Assembly: GCA_963759125.1 (NCBI GenBank)
Contig: CAVWXN010000008.1
Coordinates: 156,556-220,555 of the forward strand
Reading direction: 5' to 3'
From: an uncultured delta proteobacterium
Lineage (GTDB): Bacteria; Desulfobacterota; Desulfobulbia; Desulfobulbales; Desulfocapsaceae
DNA: 64,000 nucleotides
Shown here: positions 36,260 through 45,655 of the stretch, piece after piece
Layout of the letters: the number at the start of each line of letters is the position of its first letter
How positions within the stretch are numbered: position 1 is the stretch's first letter
Translations under genes and position numbers: made by a program
Notes under the pieces: generated by a model
What the model was told of the DNA's origin: nothing
Database searches by the model: none
The model's input: only the letters and a program-made list of their open reading frames with translations

Positions 36260-36880
36260 TCAGTCCTCCAAAATCAGAATATGAAGCTCGAGTGGTCCAT
36301 GCACACCAATGGAGAGAACACGCTCGATATCAGCAGTTCGGCTTGGTCCGGTGATAAAAGCCGTGTAAGTTGGTGAGTCCAGCATGAATTTCTGCAGCTG
36401 CTTCTCAGCTCCAAAGCCGTCGGCGAAGATTTTCGATTTCGCTAACACGCACACATGATATTCACACAACATGGTAGCCAACCGAAGTTCCTCATCCGGG
36501 CAGTTGAGCACCAAGGTACCGGTTTCGGCAAGGCCGAGGTCGCCATAGGTGAATCCTACATCGACGCCGATGAGATTGTCACGCATCCCCGAATCAATGC
36601 AGTCGATGGAATTTTCCCTGCACTTTTCTTGGAGCAGACCATACTCAGACTCAGAGAGAAACGGGGCGGCTATAACTTTGCGCAGCCCTGAAATGTCGAG
36701 AGCTTCATCGCTTATCGCATACCGGTTCAACGGCCGCTCGAGGCACAAATTTACCGTGTAGCTCACCGCTTCATCAAAAGATGTAATGGTCGAAACAATG
36801 GCAGCGGAAACTTTCGCCTTCTCAATAAATCTGTCAACATCTGAGGACTGCTTCGGAATGGCTTCCTGGGTTTCGGTCAT
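36260..36880 (-). CDS. lutC: LutC-like lactate utilization protein (LUD/DUF162 domain)
   Basis: 206 aa. Sequence ...GVDVGFTYGDLGLAETGTLVL...TAFITGPSRTADIE is the LUD-domain signature. The start overlaps the ackA stop (ATGA), and lutB follows 3 nt downstream. Confidence 0.8.
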   Translation of the reverse strand: MTETQEAIPKQSSDVDRFIEKAKVSAAIVSTITSFDEAVSYTVNLCLERPLNRYAISDEALDISGLRKVIAAPFLSESEYGLLQEKCRENSIDCIDSGMRDNLIGVDVGFTYGDLGLAETGTLVLNCPDEELRLATMLCEYHVCVLAKSKIFADGFGAEKQLQKFMLDSPTYTAFITGPSRTADIERVLSIGVHGPLELHILILED

Positions 36881-38112
36881 TGTCGTGCATCCTTAAAATA
36901 TTTTGCGTCTTCAACAACGCTTATGCTCTCTCGGGCTATGGCCAGTTCCTCGTTGGTCGGGATAACCCAGATTTGAACCAGGCTCTCAGCAGTATGCAGA
37001 GACCCTGGTTCTTTAAATCGCTGAAGGTTTTTCTCAGCATCGAGTTCGATGCCGAGATGCTCCAGGCCGGCAACCGATTTTTCCCTGACGATTGGATCGT
37101 TTTCCCCGATGCCGGCGGTGAAGACCAAAGCATCCACCCGGCCAAGCACCGCCATATAGGCACCAATGTATTTTTTGTTTCTGTACGTCTGCACCTCAAG
37201 GGCCAGACTGGCCCGTTCGTCCCCTTTGCCTGCTGCCTCGTGGATGTCTCTCATGTCATTGAGGCCGCAGATGCCTTTCAGCCCGGAATCCTTGTTGAGC
37301 ATGGCGTCTATCTGAACCAGATCCATACCTGCAGTGCGCTGCAGAAATGAATGTATGGCCGGGTCCACATCCCCGCTTCTGGTTCCCATGACCAGTCCTT
37401 CGAGCGGCGTCATACCCAGCGAGGTATCTACACTGCACCCCTGTTCGACAGCACTCATGGAACATCCATTACCAAGATGAATGGTAATCAGATTGGTCTC
37501 CGGCAGTTGTCTGCCCATCAGTCTGGCACATTCTCCGGCCACAAATTTATGGGAGGTGCCATGAAACCCATAACGGCGGACGCGGTGACGTTCATAGAGC
37601 TCATAGGGCAGCGCATAGATATGGGCCCGTTTGGGGATCGTCTGGTGAAACGCAGTATCAAAGACCGCTACCTGTATTATTCCCGGAAACAGCTCTCTTG
37701 CTACCCTGATGCCGTCAAGGTTGGCGGGGTTGTGCAGCGGAGCCAGTGGAATATTCTGCTCAATTGCCGCAACCACCGTATCATCGATAATAGTCGGTTG
37801 ATGAAACGCTTCCCCTCCATGGACGACGCGATGTCCGATAACTCCGATCTCCTGCCTGGAGCGAACCACGCCTTCCTGCTCATCGCCCAGGACCTCGCCG
37901 ACCATTAGCATGCCGCGCTGATGATCAGTGATCTTCATCTCTTTCTCTATCGTGCTCTGGGCTGACGATCCGGGGCGCATCCGACAGCTGATTTTGCCCA
38001 CTTCCTCGCCGATACGTTCAACCAGCCCAGAGGCCAGGACCTGCTCGCCCTCCATCTCCAGAAGCTGGAACTTTATCGAGGAACTGCCCGAATTTATAAC
38101 CAGTGCTTTCAT
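36877..38112 (-). CDS. ackA: acetate kinase
   Basis: 411 aa. Motifs are MKALVINSGSSSIKFQL, HRVVHGG, GFHGTSH and HLGNGCS. Confidence 0.95.
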   Translation of the reverse strand: MKALVINSGSSSIKFQLLEMEGEQVLASGLVERIGEEVGKISCRMRPGSSAQSTIEKEMKITDHQRGMLMVGEVLGDEQEGVVRSRQEIGVIGHRVVHGGEAFHQPTIIDDTVVAAIEQNIPLAPLHNPANLDGIRVARELFPGIIQVAVFDTAFHQTIPKRAHIYALPYELYERHRVRRYGFHGTSHKFVAGECARLMGRQLPETNLITIHLGNGCSMSAVEQGCSVDTSLGMTPLEGLVMGTRSGDVDPAIHSFLQRTAGMDLVQIDAMLNKDSGLKGICGLNDMRDIHEAAGKGDERASLALEVQTYRNKKYIGAYMAVLGRVDALVFTAGIGENDPIVREKSVAGLEHLGIELDAEKNLQRFKEPGSLHTAESLVQIWVIPTNEELAIARESISVVEDAKYFKDARQ

Positions 38113-38115
38113 ATC

Positions 38116-40230
38116 CTAGAGATCTTCCGCCTGGGCCTGAATCGCCGTGATGGCTACCGTATTGACGATATCATCAATGGTACAGCCCCGGGACAGATCA
38201 TTTACCGGTTTGTTAAGCCCCTGCAGGATCGGCCCGATGGCCACCGCGTTGGCGGCCCGCTGCACGGCCTTATACGTGTTGTTGCCGGTGTTGAGATCTG
38301 GAAAAATGAACACGGTTGCCCGGCCCGCTACTGCGGATCCCGGCAACTTGGTGTTCGCCACTTCGGGATCAATCGCGGCATCGTATTGCAGCGGACCTTC
38401 CAGAATGAAATCGAGATTTCTTTCCCTTATCAGGTTCTGGGCTATGTGGGTGGCTTCCAACACTTTTTCCACGTCCTCTCCTTTGCCCGAGGTGCCAGTC
38501 GAATAGCTGAGCATAGCCACCCGCGGCTCGATACCGAAAGTGCGTGCCGTTTCAGCAGAACTCAAAGCAATCTCGGCCAGCTGGGAAGCATCGGGATTGG
38601 TGTTGACCGCACAATCACCATAGACCAGAATGCGATCTCGCAGACACATGAGAAATACAGAACTGACGATGGTAAAGCCCGGTTTGGCCTTGATAAACTC
38701 AAAAGCCGGCCGGACCGTGTGGGCCGTGGTGTTCAGAGCACCGGAAACCATGCCGTCGGCAAACCCTTTGTAGACCATCATGGTGCCAAAATAGGTGGTG
38801 TCGGACATCCTGTCCCTGGCCATGTCCTCTATGACGCCCTTGTGCTTGCGCAAAGAAATGTAGGTCTGGACGAAATCATCAAGCATCGGGCTGGTCTGGG
38901 GATCGATCACTTCCACCCAGGTAAGATCGAGCCCACTAGAAGCAGCAAGGCCCCTGACCTGATCCTCCCGACCGAGAATTGTCAGATCCGCAACTCCACG
39001 CCTGAGCAGGATATCGGCGGCCCTGAGGATGCGCTCACAGTTTCCTTCAGGCAAGACGATTCGCTGGCGATTCTCAGCGGCCCTTTCGGTCAGTGAATAT
39101 TCGAACATCTTGGGGGTGATTCGGGCAGGACGGTCGGTGATCACATTTTCCCGCAATTCGGCGACATTCACATACTTCGAAAAATCACCGAGGGCCGTGG
39201 CTATCCTGGACTGATCGTCGGCCTCGATATGTCCGTAAAGCTCGTAGAGCTGCTGAACAACCAGGTAGGTATGGCCTTTCACACAGATGATTGGCACGGG
39301 CTTGCCCGACCAGCCATCGATCAGGCGGCGAATATTGTCTGAGGGCACCAGCCCACCGGTGAGCACAATGCCCGAAACTTCGGGGTAGGAAGTTGAGGAG
39401 CGGGCTGAGAGGCAGGCCAGAATGATGTCATGCCGATCGCCAGGGGTGATCACCAAACATCCCGGAGTGATGTATTCAAGGAAATTCTCGACCCTCATGG
39501 CGGCCACCACATAATCCCCGACAATCATGTTCAAGGCCGCTGCTCCGTACATGATGCTGCCGTTGAGCCAGCGATTGACATCACCAACAGTGGGGTTGGC
39601 CAGGGCAGGATTCTCTGGGATAACATAAAACGGCAGCCCCTCATCCGGATGATATTTTCGCCTTATGTCAGAGAGGATCTGTGATGTCAAGCCCTCCGGT
39701 GCACGATTTATAATCGAGGAGACAAGAATCAGTCCCTTTTCTTTATGGCTGTCGATGGACACCTGAACCTGCCGGATCATCTCCTCGACCGTTTTCTTAC
39801 GGCCCGAGGAAATCAGCAAAACCGGCGCCCCGAGATTGGCGGCGATGTCACCATTTATCTCTGATTCGAAAGTGGTATCCTGGCCCCTGAAATCGGTTCC
39901 CTCGATCAATACGAAATCGTATTCATCGGCTATCTCACGGTATTTTTGGAGAATGAGGTCATGCAAATCGTCCTCGCGACCGGAATTGATCAACTCATAA
40001 GCCTTTTTCAAGGTACAGCCGTAGCAGGTTTCATACTCCTGTTCGAGTTCAAAATAATCGATGATGAGGGTAATATCGTGGTCCGGTTTTTCTTCCACAT
40101 GGTCATTGATTATCGGCCTGAAAAAAGCCACTCGATGGAGCTGATTCAACAGCATCTGCATGATACCGAGGACGATGACCGACTTTCCGCTGCGCTCTTC
40201 GGTGGCAGTTACGTAGAGATTGTTCGGCAT
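38116..40230 (-). CDS. pta: phosphate acetyltransferase, long form (AAA-like N-domain + DRTGG + PTA_PTB)
   Basis: 704 aa. The N-terminus YVTATEERSGKSVIVLGIM and the C-terminal catalytic domain ...GALNTTAHTVRPA...YGDCAVN...LSYSTGTSG...RGCTIDDIVNTVAITAIQA are present. Confidence 0.95.
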   Translation of the reverse strand: MPNNLYVTATEERSGKSVIVLGIMQMLLNQLHRVAFFRPIINDHVEEKPDHDITLIIDYFELEQEYETCYGCTLKKAYELINSGREDDLHDLILQKYREIADEYDFVLIEGTDFRGQDTTFESEINGDIAANLGAPVLLISSGRKKTVEEMIRQVQVSIDSHKEKGLILVSSIINRAPEGLTSQILSDIRRKYHPDEGLPFYVIPENPALANPTVGDVNRWLNGSIMYGAAALNMIVGDYVVAAMRVENFLEYITPGCLVITPGDRHDIILACLSARSSTSYPEVSGIVLTGGLVPSDNIRRLIDGWSGKPVPIICVKGHTYLVVQQLYELYGHIEADDQSRIATALGDFSKYVNVAELRENVITDRPARITPKMFEYSLTERAAENRQRIVLPEGNCERILRAADILLRRGVADLTILGREDQVRGLAASSGLDLTWVEVIDPQTSPMLDDFVQTYISLRKHKGVIEDMARDRMSDTTYFGTMMVYKGFADGMVSGALNTTAHTVRPAFEFIKAKPGFTIVSSVFLMCLRDRILVYGDCAVNTNPDASQLAEIALSSAETARTFGIEPRVAMLSYSTGTSGKGEDVEKVLEATHIAQNLIRERNLDFILEGPLQYDAAIDPEVANTKLPGSAVAGRATVFIFPDLNTGNNTYKAVQRAANAVAIGPILQGLNKPVNDLSRGCTIDDIVNTVAITAIQAQAEDL

Positions 40231-40343
40231 GTGGGCAGTGGGATTAGTTTGAGATTAACGGGCAATGGTGGCCTCGACACTGGCACCCAGATGTCGGATG
40301 GTTCCTTGCTGCTGGCTACTGAGGATTGGGAACTTAGCACAAA

Positions 40344-40976
40344 TCAGGGTAAATGGACATATGCGTTTGCCGGAATGGGGACGAAATTTTCACTTCCAGG
40401 AGTCTTCCAGAACAATTTCAGCGCCGCGGTTCCTTTCCTCTGGAAATATTCCACCAGCAGCGGATAATGGCCGGCCTTGTCAATGGTGACATTGCCGATA
40501 TTGGAAAGCCGGTCAGAATGCTGTTCAGGGTCGCTGATCACTGTCTTGCCGCTGAGCATGACGTTGACACCGTCATTGGACAGAGCCTGAAACTGATACA
40601 GCCCTTCTTCTTTGATCACGAGATAACCCCGCATACGCATGGCCACCCCACGATTGGCGCCGCTGTCAAAAACCTCTTCCTGGCCGAACTGATGATTCAG
40701 CTCGAAAATGGGTTTGCCTGTTTTTTTCCTAAACGAGGAACTGCCATTTCCGGGAATGCTATCCAGGTGTCGTTCGAAAAACTCCAGATAATAGACAACG
40801 CTCAATCCTTTTGCCAATAGCTCCAGTGAAACGATCTCGGGTTCAATGTTTTGCACCTCGAGCGGCGCGTATTCGACCGGCTTGCTGAAATCTTTGGCAG
40901 CATCAGCAGGCGGTACTGTAAGCAGACAGAGCGCTCCGAATAACAACAGCCATTTTTGTCCAAGTCGCGATCGCAT
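40344..40976 (-). CDS. secreted PA14-domain protein
   Basis: 210 aa with signal peptide LLLFGALCLLTVPPADAA. The C-terminal block GLYQFQALSNDGVNVMLSGKTV...GHYPLLVEYFQRKGTAALKLFWKTPG fits the PA14 pattern. Confidence 0.7.
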   Translation of the reverse strand: MRSRLGQKWLLLFGALCLLTVPPADAAKDFSKPVEYAPLEVQNIEPEIVSLELLAKGLSVVYYLEFFERHLDSIPGNGSSSFRKKTGKPIFELNHQFGQEEVFDSGANRGVAMRMRGYLVIKEEGLYQFQALSNDGVNVMLSGKTVISDPEQHSDRLSNIGNVTIDKAGHYPLLVEYFQRKGTAALKLFWKTPGSENFVPIPANAYVHLP

Positions 40977-41263
40977 ACTCTATCCCCTTTGCTGATCCAT
41001 TCCTGTTATTGATTCACTGCTTTCAAATCTATTCATTTCCTCTGAAAATACAAATCCATATCCTTTCAATTCCAGGGTTCGTGATTATTTCAACTCAAGT
41101 AATGTGATAGATAGAACAGATCAGTCACACATTGTTCTTGAAGATATGAATAAAGTGTATTCTCTTTATTAGCGGCATGAGCATCCATGCCGTTCCTTGA
41201 CCACCCCAAAGTACCGGAGCTTACCCAGATTAGGCCCGGAAATCTCAGCCATAGGAGTGAACA

Positions 41264-42283
41264 ATGAAGTGTAAACCCCTACCTTTCCACCTTGTCATTG
41301 CCGCAGTTGTCATTGCTTTTTTTACCGCAAATCCAGCCCAGGCAGCTGAGGAACGCAGCTATCTCCTTGCAACTGCAACCACCGGAGGTACATACTACCC
41401 AGTTGGCGTGGCCATTTCGACTCTTACCAAGGTTAAGCTGCAGCCAGCACACAAAATCGGCATGTCTGCCATCAACTCAGCCGGTTCTGGGGAAAACATC
41501 AAGCTCTTGCGGGACAATGAAGTTCAGTTTGCCATTCTGCAGGGCCTTTTTGGCTACTACGCCTGGAACGGTAAGGGTCCTCTGGAAAATGACGGTCCTC
41601 AAAAAGAATTGCGGTCGGTGACCATGCTCTGGCAGAATGTTGAGCATTTCACCATTCTTGCAGACAAAGCGAAAACCGGCACCATCGCTGATTTGGAAAA
41701 TCTTAAGGGTGAACGCATGGCTCTGGGCGCCAAAAATTCAGGAACCATTGGATCCAACAAGTTCCTGCTCGGTAACCTCGGCCTAGATGCAGAAAAAGAT
41801 TTCGAGCTTGTATACGGCGGCTACGGTCCCAGTGCAGATGCTCTGCAGAACGGACAAATTGCCGGTTTAGGCATTCCCGGAGGAGCTCCAACCGGTGCAA
41901 TTACCCGTGTCATGGCAGCCATGGGCGATAAAATAAAAATTCTTGATTTCACCGACGAGCAGGCCAAGAACGCTGATGGTGGATTTGAACTATACACCCG
42001 CTACGTGATCAAATCCGGAACCTATCCGGGCCAGGAAAAAGATATCAACACTATTGCCCAGCCGAACTTTCTGGCCGTCCGAGCTGATGTTGACGAAGAG
42101 GCTGTCTACCTGATTACCAAAACTATTTATGAGAACCTGCCGTTTCTAAATGCCATTCATAAAGCTACTTCAGTCATGGCTCTTGAAAAAGCCCTGGCAG
42201 GACTGCCAATGCCCCTGCACCCTGGCGCGGCCAGATATTTTAAGGAAGCTGGGCTGGACATCCCGGCTCGATTGATGCCCTAA
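41264..42283 (+). CDS. TAXI-family TRAP transporter solute-binding protein
   Basis: 339 aa with a signal peptide. The hallmark TGGTYYPVGVAIS is present, and the gene is followed by a fused TRAP permease. Confidence 0.9.
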   Translation: MKCKPLPFHLVIAAVVIAFFTANPAQAAEERSYLLATATTGGTYYPVGVAISTLTKVKLQPAHKIGMSAINSAGSGENIKLLRDNEVQFAILQGLFGYYAWNGKGPLENDGPQKELRSVTMLWQNVEHFTILADKAKTGTIADLENLKGERMALGAKNSGTIGSNKFLLGNLGLDAEKDFELVYGGYGPSADALQNGQIAGLGIPGGAPTGAITRVMAAMGDKIKILDFTDEQAKNADGGFELYTRYVIKSGTYPGQEKDINTIAQPNFLAVRADVDEEAVYLITKTIYENLPFLNAIHKATSVMALEKALAGLPMPLHPGAARYFKEAGLDIPARLMP

Positions 42284-42296
42284 TAAATGCTACTTA

Positions 42297-42327
42297 GTTC
42301 ACTCCCGCCTACTGACGGGAGTGAACT
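42297..42327 (+). other. intercistronic stem-loop between TAXI receptor and permease genes
   Basis: GTTCACTCCCG-CCTACTGA-CGGGAGTGAAC is a perfect 11-bp stem with no following T-run. It is probably an mRNA stability or partial-attenuation element. Confidence 0.5.
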
Positions 42328-42353
42328 TGCTGACTTATCCTCAGGTGTAATGT

Positions 42354-44435
42354 GTGAAATCCGAAACCTCCGGGACCGAGGCGCAGCCATATATTGAGAA
42401 AGCCATATTTGTTCTCGGGGTCATCGTCTCTTTACTGCACATTTATTTCAATATATTCGCCATACTTCCCAACCTCCTTCAAAACTCGCTGCATTTCTCC
42501 GGATTTGCGCTTCTCTGCGCCCTCGTCTACCCGTTAAGAAAAACAAAGGATTCCCCTAGAAGTAGGCTTTCTCTCTTCATTGATCTATCCATAGGGGTCA
42601 CTGCTGCCGTCTGTGCAATTTACATGATCAGCATGGAGGATGCGATCTACGCCCGTGGCGTGCATTTGAGCAGAAGCGAGTGGCTAGCAGGTACCCTGCT
42701 CATTTTTACAGCCATTGAATTTACCAGGCGCACAACCGGCTGGATTATTCCTTTCCTCATTGTTCTTGCTCTCTCCTATGTCGGCTGGTGGGGCAGTCTG
42801 ATCGGGGGTGTTTTCAAGTTCAGCGGACTGACTGCCGAAACCATACTTTTCAGATCAATCTATGGTGATGACGGCATTTTTGGGAACATAGCCAGAATAT
42901 CCTCGACTTTTGTCTTCATGTTTATTCTGTTCGGCGCATTTCTTCTGAAATCAGGGGCCGGAGAATTCGTCATAAACCTTGCCAGAGCCGTTGCCGGAAG
43001 ATTTATTGGCGGCCCGGGACTTGTCGCAGTCTTTGCCTCCGGCCTTACCGGAACCATTTCCGGTTCTGCTGTTGCCAATACCGCCTCAACCGGGGTAATT
43101 ACCATCCCGCTGATGAAACGGGCCGGATTCGAACCAAAATTTGCTGCGGGTGTCGAAGCTGCAGCCTCAACCGGTGGACAACTGATGCCGCCAATTATGG
43201 GAGCTGGCGCTTTCGTGATGGCCAGCTATACTCAAATCCCCTATACGACGATCGTTCTTTACTCGGTCTTGCCGGCAATTCTTTATTTTGCCACGGTTGG
43301 TTTTTTCGTAAGGGTAGAAGCCAAACGTTCGAATATTCAGGCTGTGGAAGATGAGAATCTTAGGATATTCGAGGTGATAAAAACAGGAGGACTCCCTTTT
43401 CTCCTACCGATTTCAGTTTTAATCGGCTTGTTGATATACGGCTTTACCCCCACCTATGCCGCCGGCATTTCCATTGTCGCCGTAGTGGCCTCATCCTGGT
43501 TGACTCCACACAGAATGGGAATCAAAGGTGTTTTCGAGGCACTTGCGCTTGGCGCCCGCAATATGGTTATGACCGCTATCCTGCTCTGCAGCGTAGGTCT
43601 GGTTGTCAATGTAATTGCCACGGCGGGCATCGGCAACACCTTCTCACTGATGATAACCAACTGGTCCGGACACAGCCTGCTCATGGCCATCACCCTGATC
43701 GGCCTTGCCTCCCTGGTGCTTGGTATGGGATTGCCGGTTACTGCAGCTTATATTGTCCTGGGCACCCTTTCAGCCCCGGCTCTCTACAACCTCATCGTCG
43801 ATGGCCAGATCGTCCAGATTCTTGCCGCCGGAAACCTGGGCGAAGAGGTGAAGGCCGTAATGATGCTGGCCCTGCCTGACCAAATCGAGATGCTGAGCAA
43901 GCCGATGGCCATCGAACAGGCCAGGACGTTGCTCGACGCCATTCCGCCTGACCTGGCCGGCACCGTGCGCGATATGGCCCTGTCGCCTGAGGCCGCACTC
44001 TTCGCGCTGCTTTCGGCTCATATGATCATCTTCTGGCTCAGCCAGGACTCCAACGTAACCCCACCGGTCTGTCTGGCTGCATTTACCGCAGCAGCTATCG
44101 CTGAGACTCCGCCAATGGCAACCGGTCTCAGGTCCTGGAAAATTGCCAAAGGTCTCTATATCATTCCGCTGCTCTTTGCCTATACTCCGCTGCTTGGCGG
44201 TAGTTGGCTGGAAATATTGACCATTTTCATCTTTGCGCTGGCCGGACTCTACGCCTTTACCTGCGCCCTGCAGGGCCATATGGAAAACCCTGTCACTCTG
44301 CCAATCCGGCTGTTGTTGCTGCTCCTCGCCCTGGCCCTTTTAAAACCTACAGCAGTGCTCGTTCAGGCTGCCGCACTGAGCGGCCTGGTGCTGTTGCTGT
44401 TTGTCAATATCAGAAGACAAAGAGGGACAGGCTAG
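42354..44435 (+). CDS. TRAP transporter fused permease (TAXI-type 4TM/12TM fusion)
   Basis: 693 aa with a GTG start. The protein is highly hydrophobic with more than 15 TM helices, the typical partner of TAXI receptors. Confidence 0.9.
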   Translation: MKSETSGTEAQPYIEKAIFVLGVIVSLLHIYFNIFAILPNLLQNSLHFSGFALLCALVYPLRKTKDSPRSRLSLFIDLSIGVTAAVCAIYMISMEDAIYARGVHLSRSEWLAGTLLIFTAIEFTRRTTGWIIPFLIVLALSYVGWWGSLIGGVFKFSGLTAETILFRSIYGDDGIFGNIARISSTFVFMFILFGAFLLKSGAGEFVINLARAVAGRFIGGPGLVAVFASGLTGTISGSAVANTASTGVITIPLMKRAGFEPKFAAGVEAAASTGGQLMPPIMGAGAFVMASYTQIPYTTIVLYSVLPAILYFATVGFFVRVEAKRSNIQAVEDENLRIFEVIKTGGLPFLLPISVLIGLLIYGFTPTYAAGISIVAVVASSWLTPHRMGIKGVFEALALGARNMVMTAILLCSVGLVVNVIATAGIGNTFSLMITNWSGHSLLMAITLIGLASLVLGMGLPVTAAYIVLGTLSAPALYNLIVDGQIVQILAAGNLGEEVKAVMMLALPDQIEMLSKPMAIEQARTLLDAIPPDLAGTVRDMALSPEAALFALLSAHMIIFWLSQDSNVTPPVCLAAFTAAAIAETPPMATGLRSWKIAKGLYIIPLLFAYTPLLGGSWLEILTIFIFALAGLYAFTCALQGHMENPVTLPIRLLLLLLALALLKPTAVLVQAAALSGLVLLLFVNIRRQRGTG

Positions 44436-45421
44436 AGGGCTGCAGCGAAGAAGTTTACCATCCGGGTAAGGATATCATCTCTTATCCGATCGACTTCCAT
44501 GAATAGCTCATGGCGGCCGTCCTCGTATTCCTTAAGTGAGCAGTACTCGGATGATGTGCAGAACCGCTTTACTACTCCGCTCTTTATTACCTGATCCTGG
44601 GGGGCCGTAAGGATCAGCATTGGAATAGGAATTCTTTCCCTATTTGCGTTCACCGCTCTCATTGCCTTGTAAGCCTCATACAGCCAGCGATAGGTGGGTC
44701 CTCCGAGAGGCGCGAAATCGAGCAAATTGGTGAGAAAGCGATTGTAACTGAACCGCTCTTCATCTGAGGTCAACAAATTTCCATTGAACTGCAGGTCTGG
44801 CTGGTAGGGACCGGTGGTCGCTGCATAGCGCTCGCCGCGGCCGAATCGGCAGGCCGCCGAGACATAGGGCTTGATCAGAAACTGCGGGAAAATAGAGTCG
44901 GTTCTGATCGCACCCATTGGCGATCCTAGAACCAGCCTGCTTATTTGTCCGGGATGGCGCAGTGCATAGAGCATCGATACAGTCCCCCCCATCGAATGGC
45001 TGATCAACCGAACCTGGTCAAGCCCAGCGGCGCCGCGTAACTCGCCAATCACTCGATGCAGATCGTCCACGTAGGTCTCGAATCGATCGATGTGACCCTT
45101 CTGGCGATCCTCGAGCTGTCTATCTGAAGCACCCTGCCCGCAATGGTCGTAGAGACAGACGGATATCCCTCTATGATAAAGGTCACGGGCAAGCTCGATA
45201 TATTTTTCTATAAACTCTGTCCTGCCGCTGACCACGACTGTCGCCATTTTCTGGGAGGCCTCCCTGGGCAAGGCCAGACGAAGTGTACCGCCGCCTGAGG
45301 ATGGTATCCGCATCTCGGTAAAAGAGGATCGGTACCAGCTCTGTTGTTCCCGGTATCGCTTCAGGTATTCGTCTTGCTTACCCATTGATCCGTTCGCCCT
45401 TTGAAGCCTTTTCTTTTGCAA
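44432..45421 (-). CDS. alpha/beta hydrolase, lysophospholipase (PldB/monoglyceride-lipase)-like
   Basis: Sequence GRTEFIEKYIELARDL..RG..V..YDHCGQGASD...HIDRFETYVDDL... with nucleophile elbow HSMGG. The start is uncertain (TTG at 45421 or ATG at 45385). The 3' end overlaps the permease gene by 4 nt (convergent). Confidence 0.75.
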   Translation of the reverse strand: MQKKRLQRANGSMGKQDEYLKRYREQQSWYRSSFTEMRIPSSGGGTLRLALPREASQKMATVVVSGRTEFIEKYIELARDLYHRGISVCLYDHCGQGASDRQLEDRQKGHIDRFETYVDDLHRVIGELRGAAGLDQVRLISHSMGGTVSMLYALRHPGQISRLVLGSPMGAIRTDSIFPQFLIKPYVSAACRFGRGERYAATTGPYQPDLQFNGNLLTSDEERFSYNRFLTNLLDFAPLGGPTYRWLYEAYKAMRAVNANRERIPIPMLILTAPQDQVIKSGVVKRFCTSSEYCSLKEYEDGRHELFMEVDRIRDDILTRMVNFFAAAL

Positions 45422-45655
45422 TGAGAATTTCCAGCCTCCAAACAGCTAGCCATAGATGGAAATAGCGGTCCAAATCGCTCTTTTGACAGCAATCAAATAG
45501 GTTGCCTCGGCAACTCCCACTTGCTAGTATATCTGAGAGGTTGAGCTATTGTTGTTAGACAATGCCAAACTTACTAAATTTCTTCGCGTTTTCCTATAAT
45601 TGAAGCACCATGGTACGCTCATTTCTCATCATCGCGTTCCCTTGAGGAGGGGATC

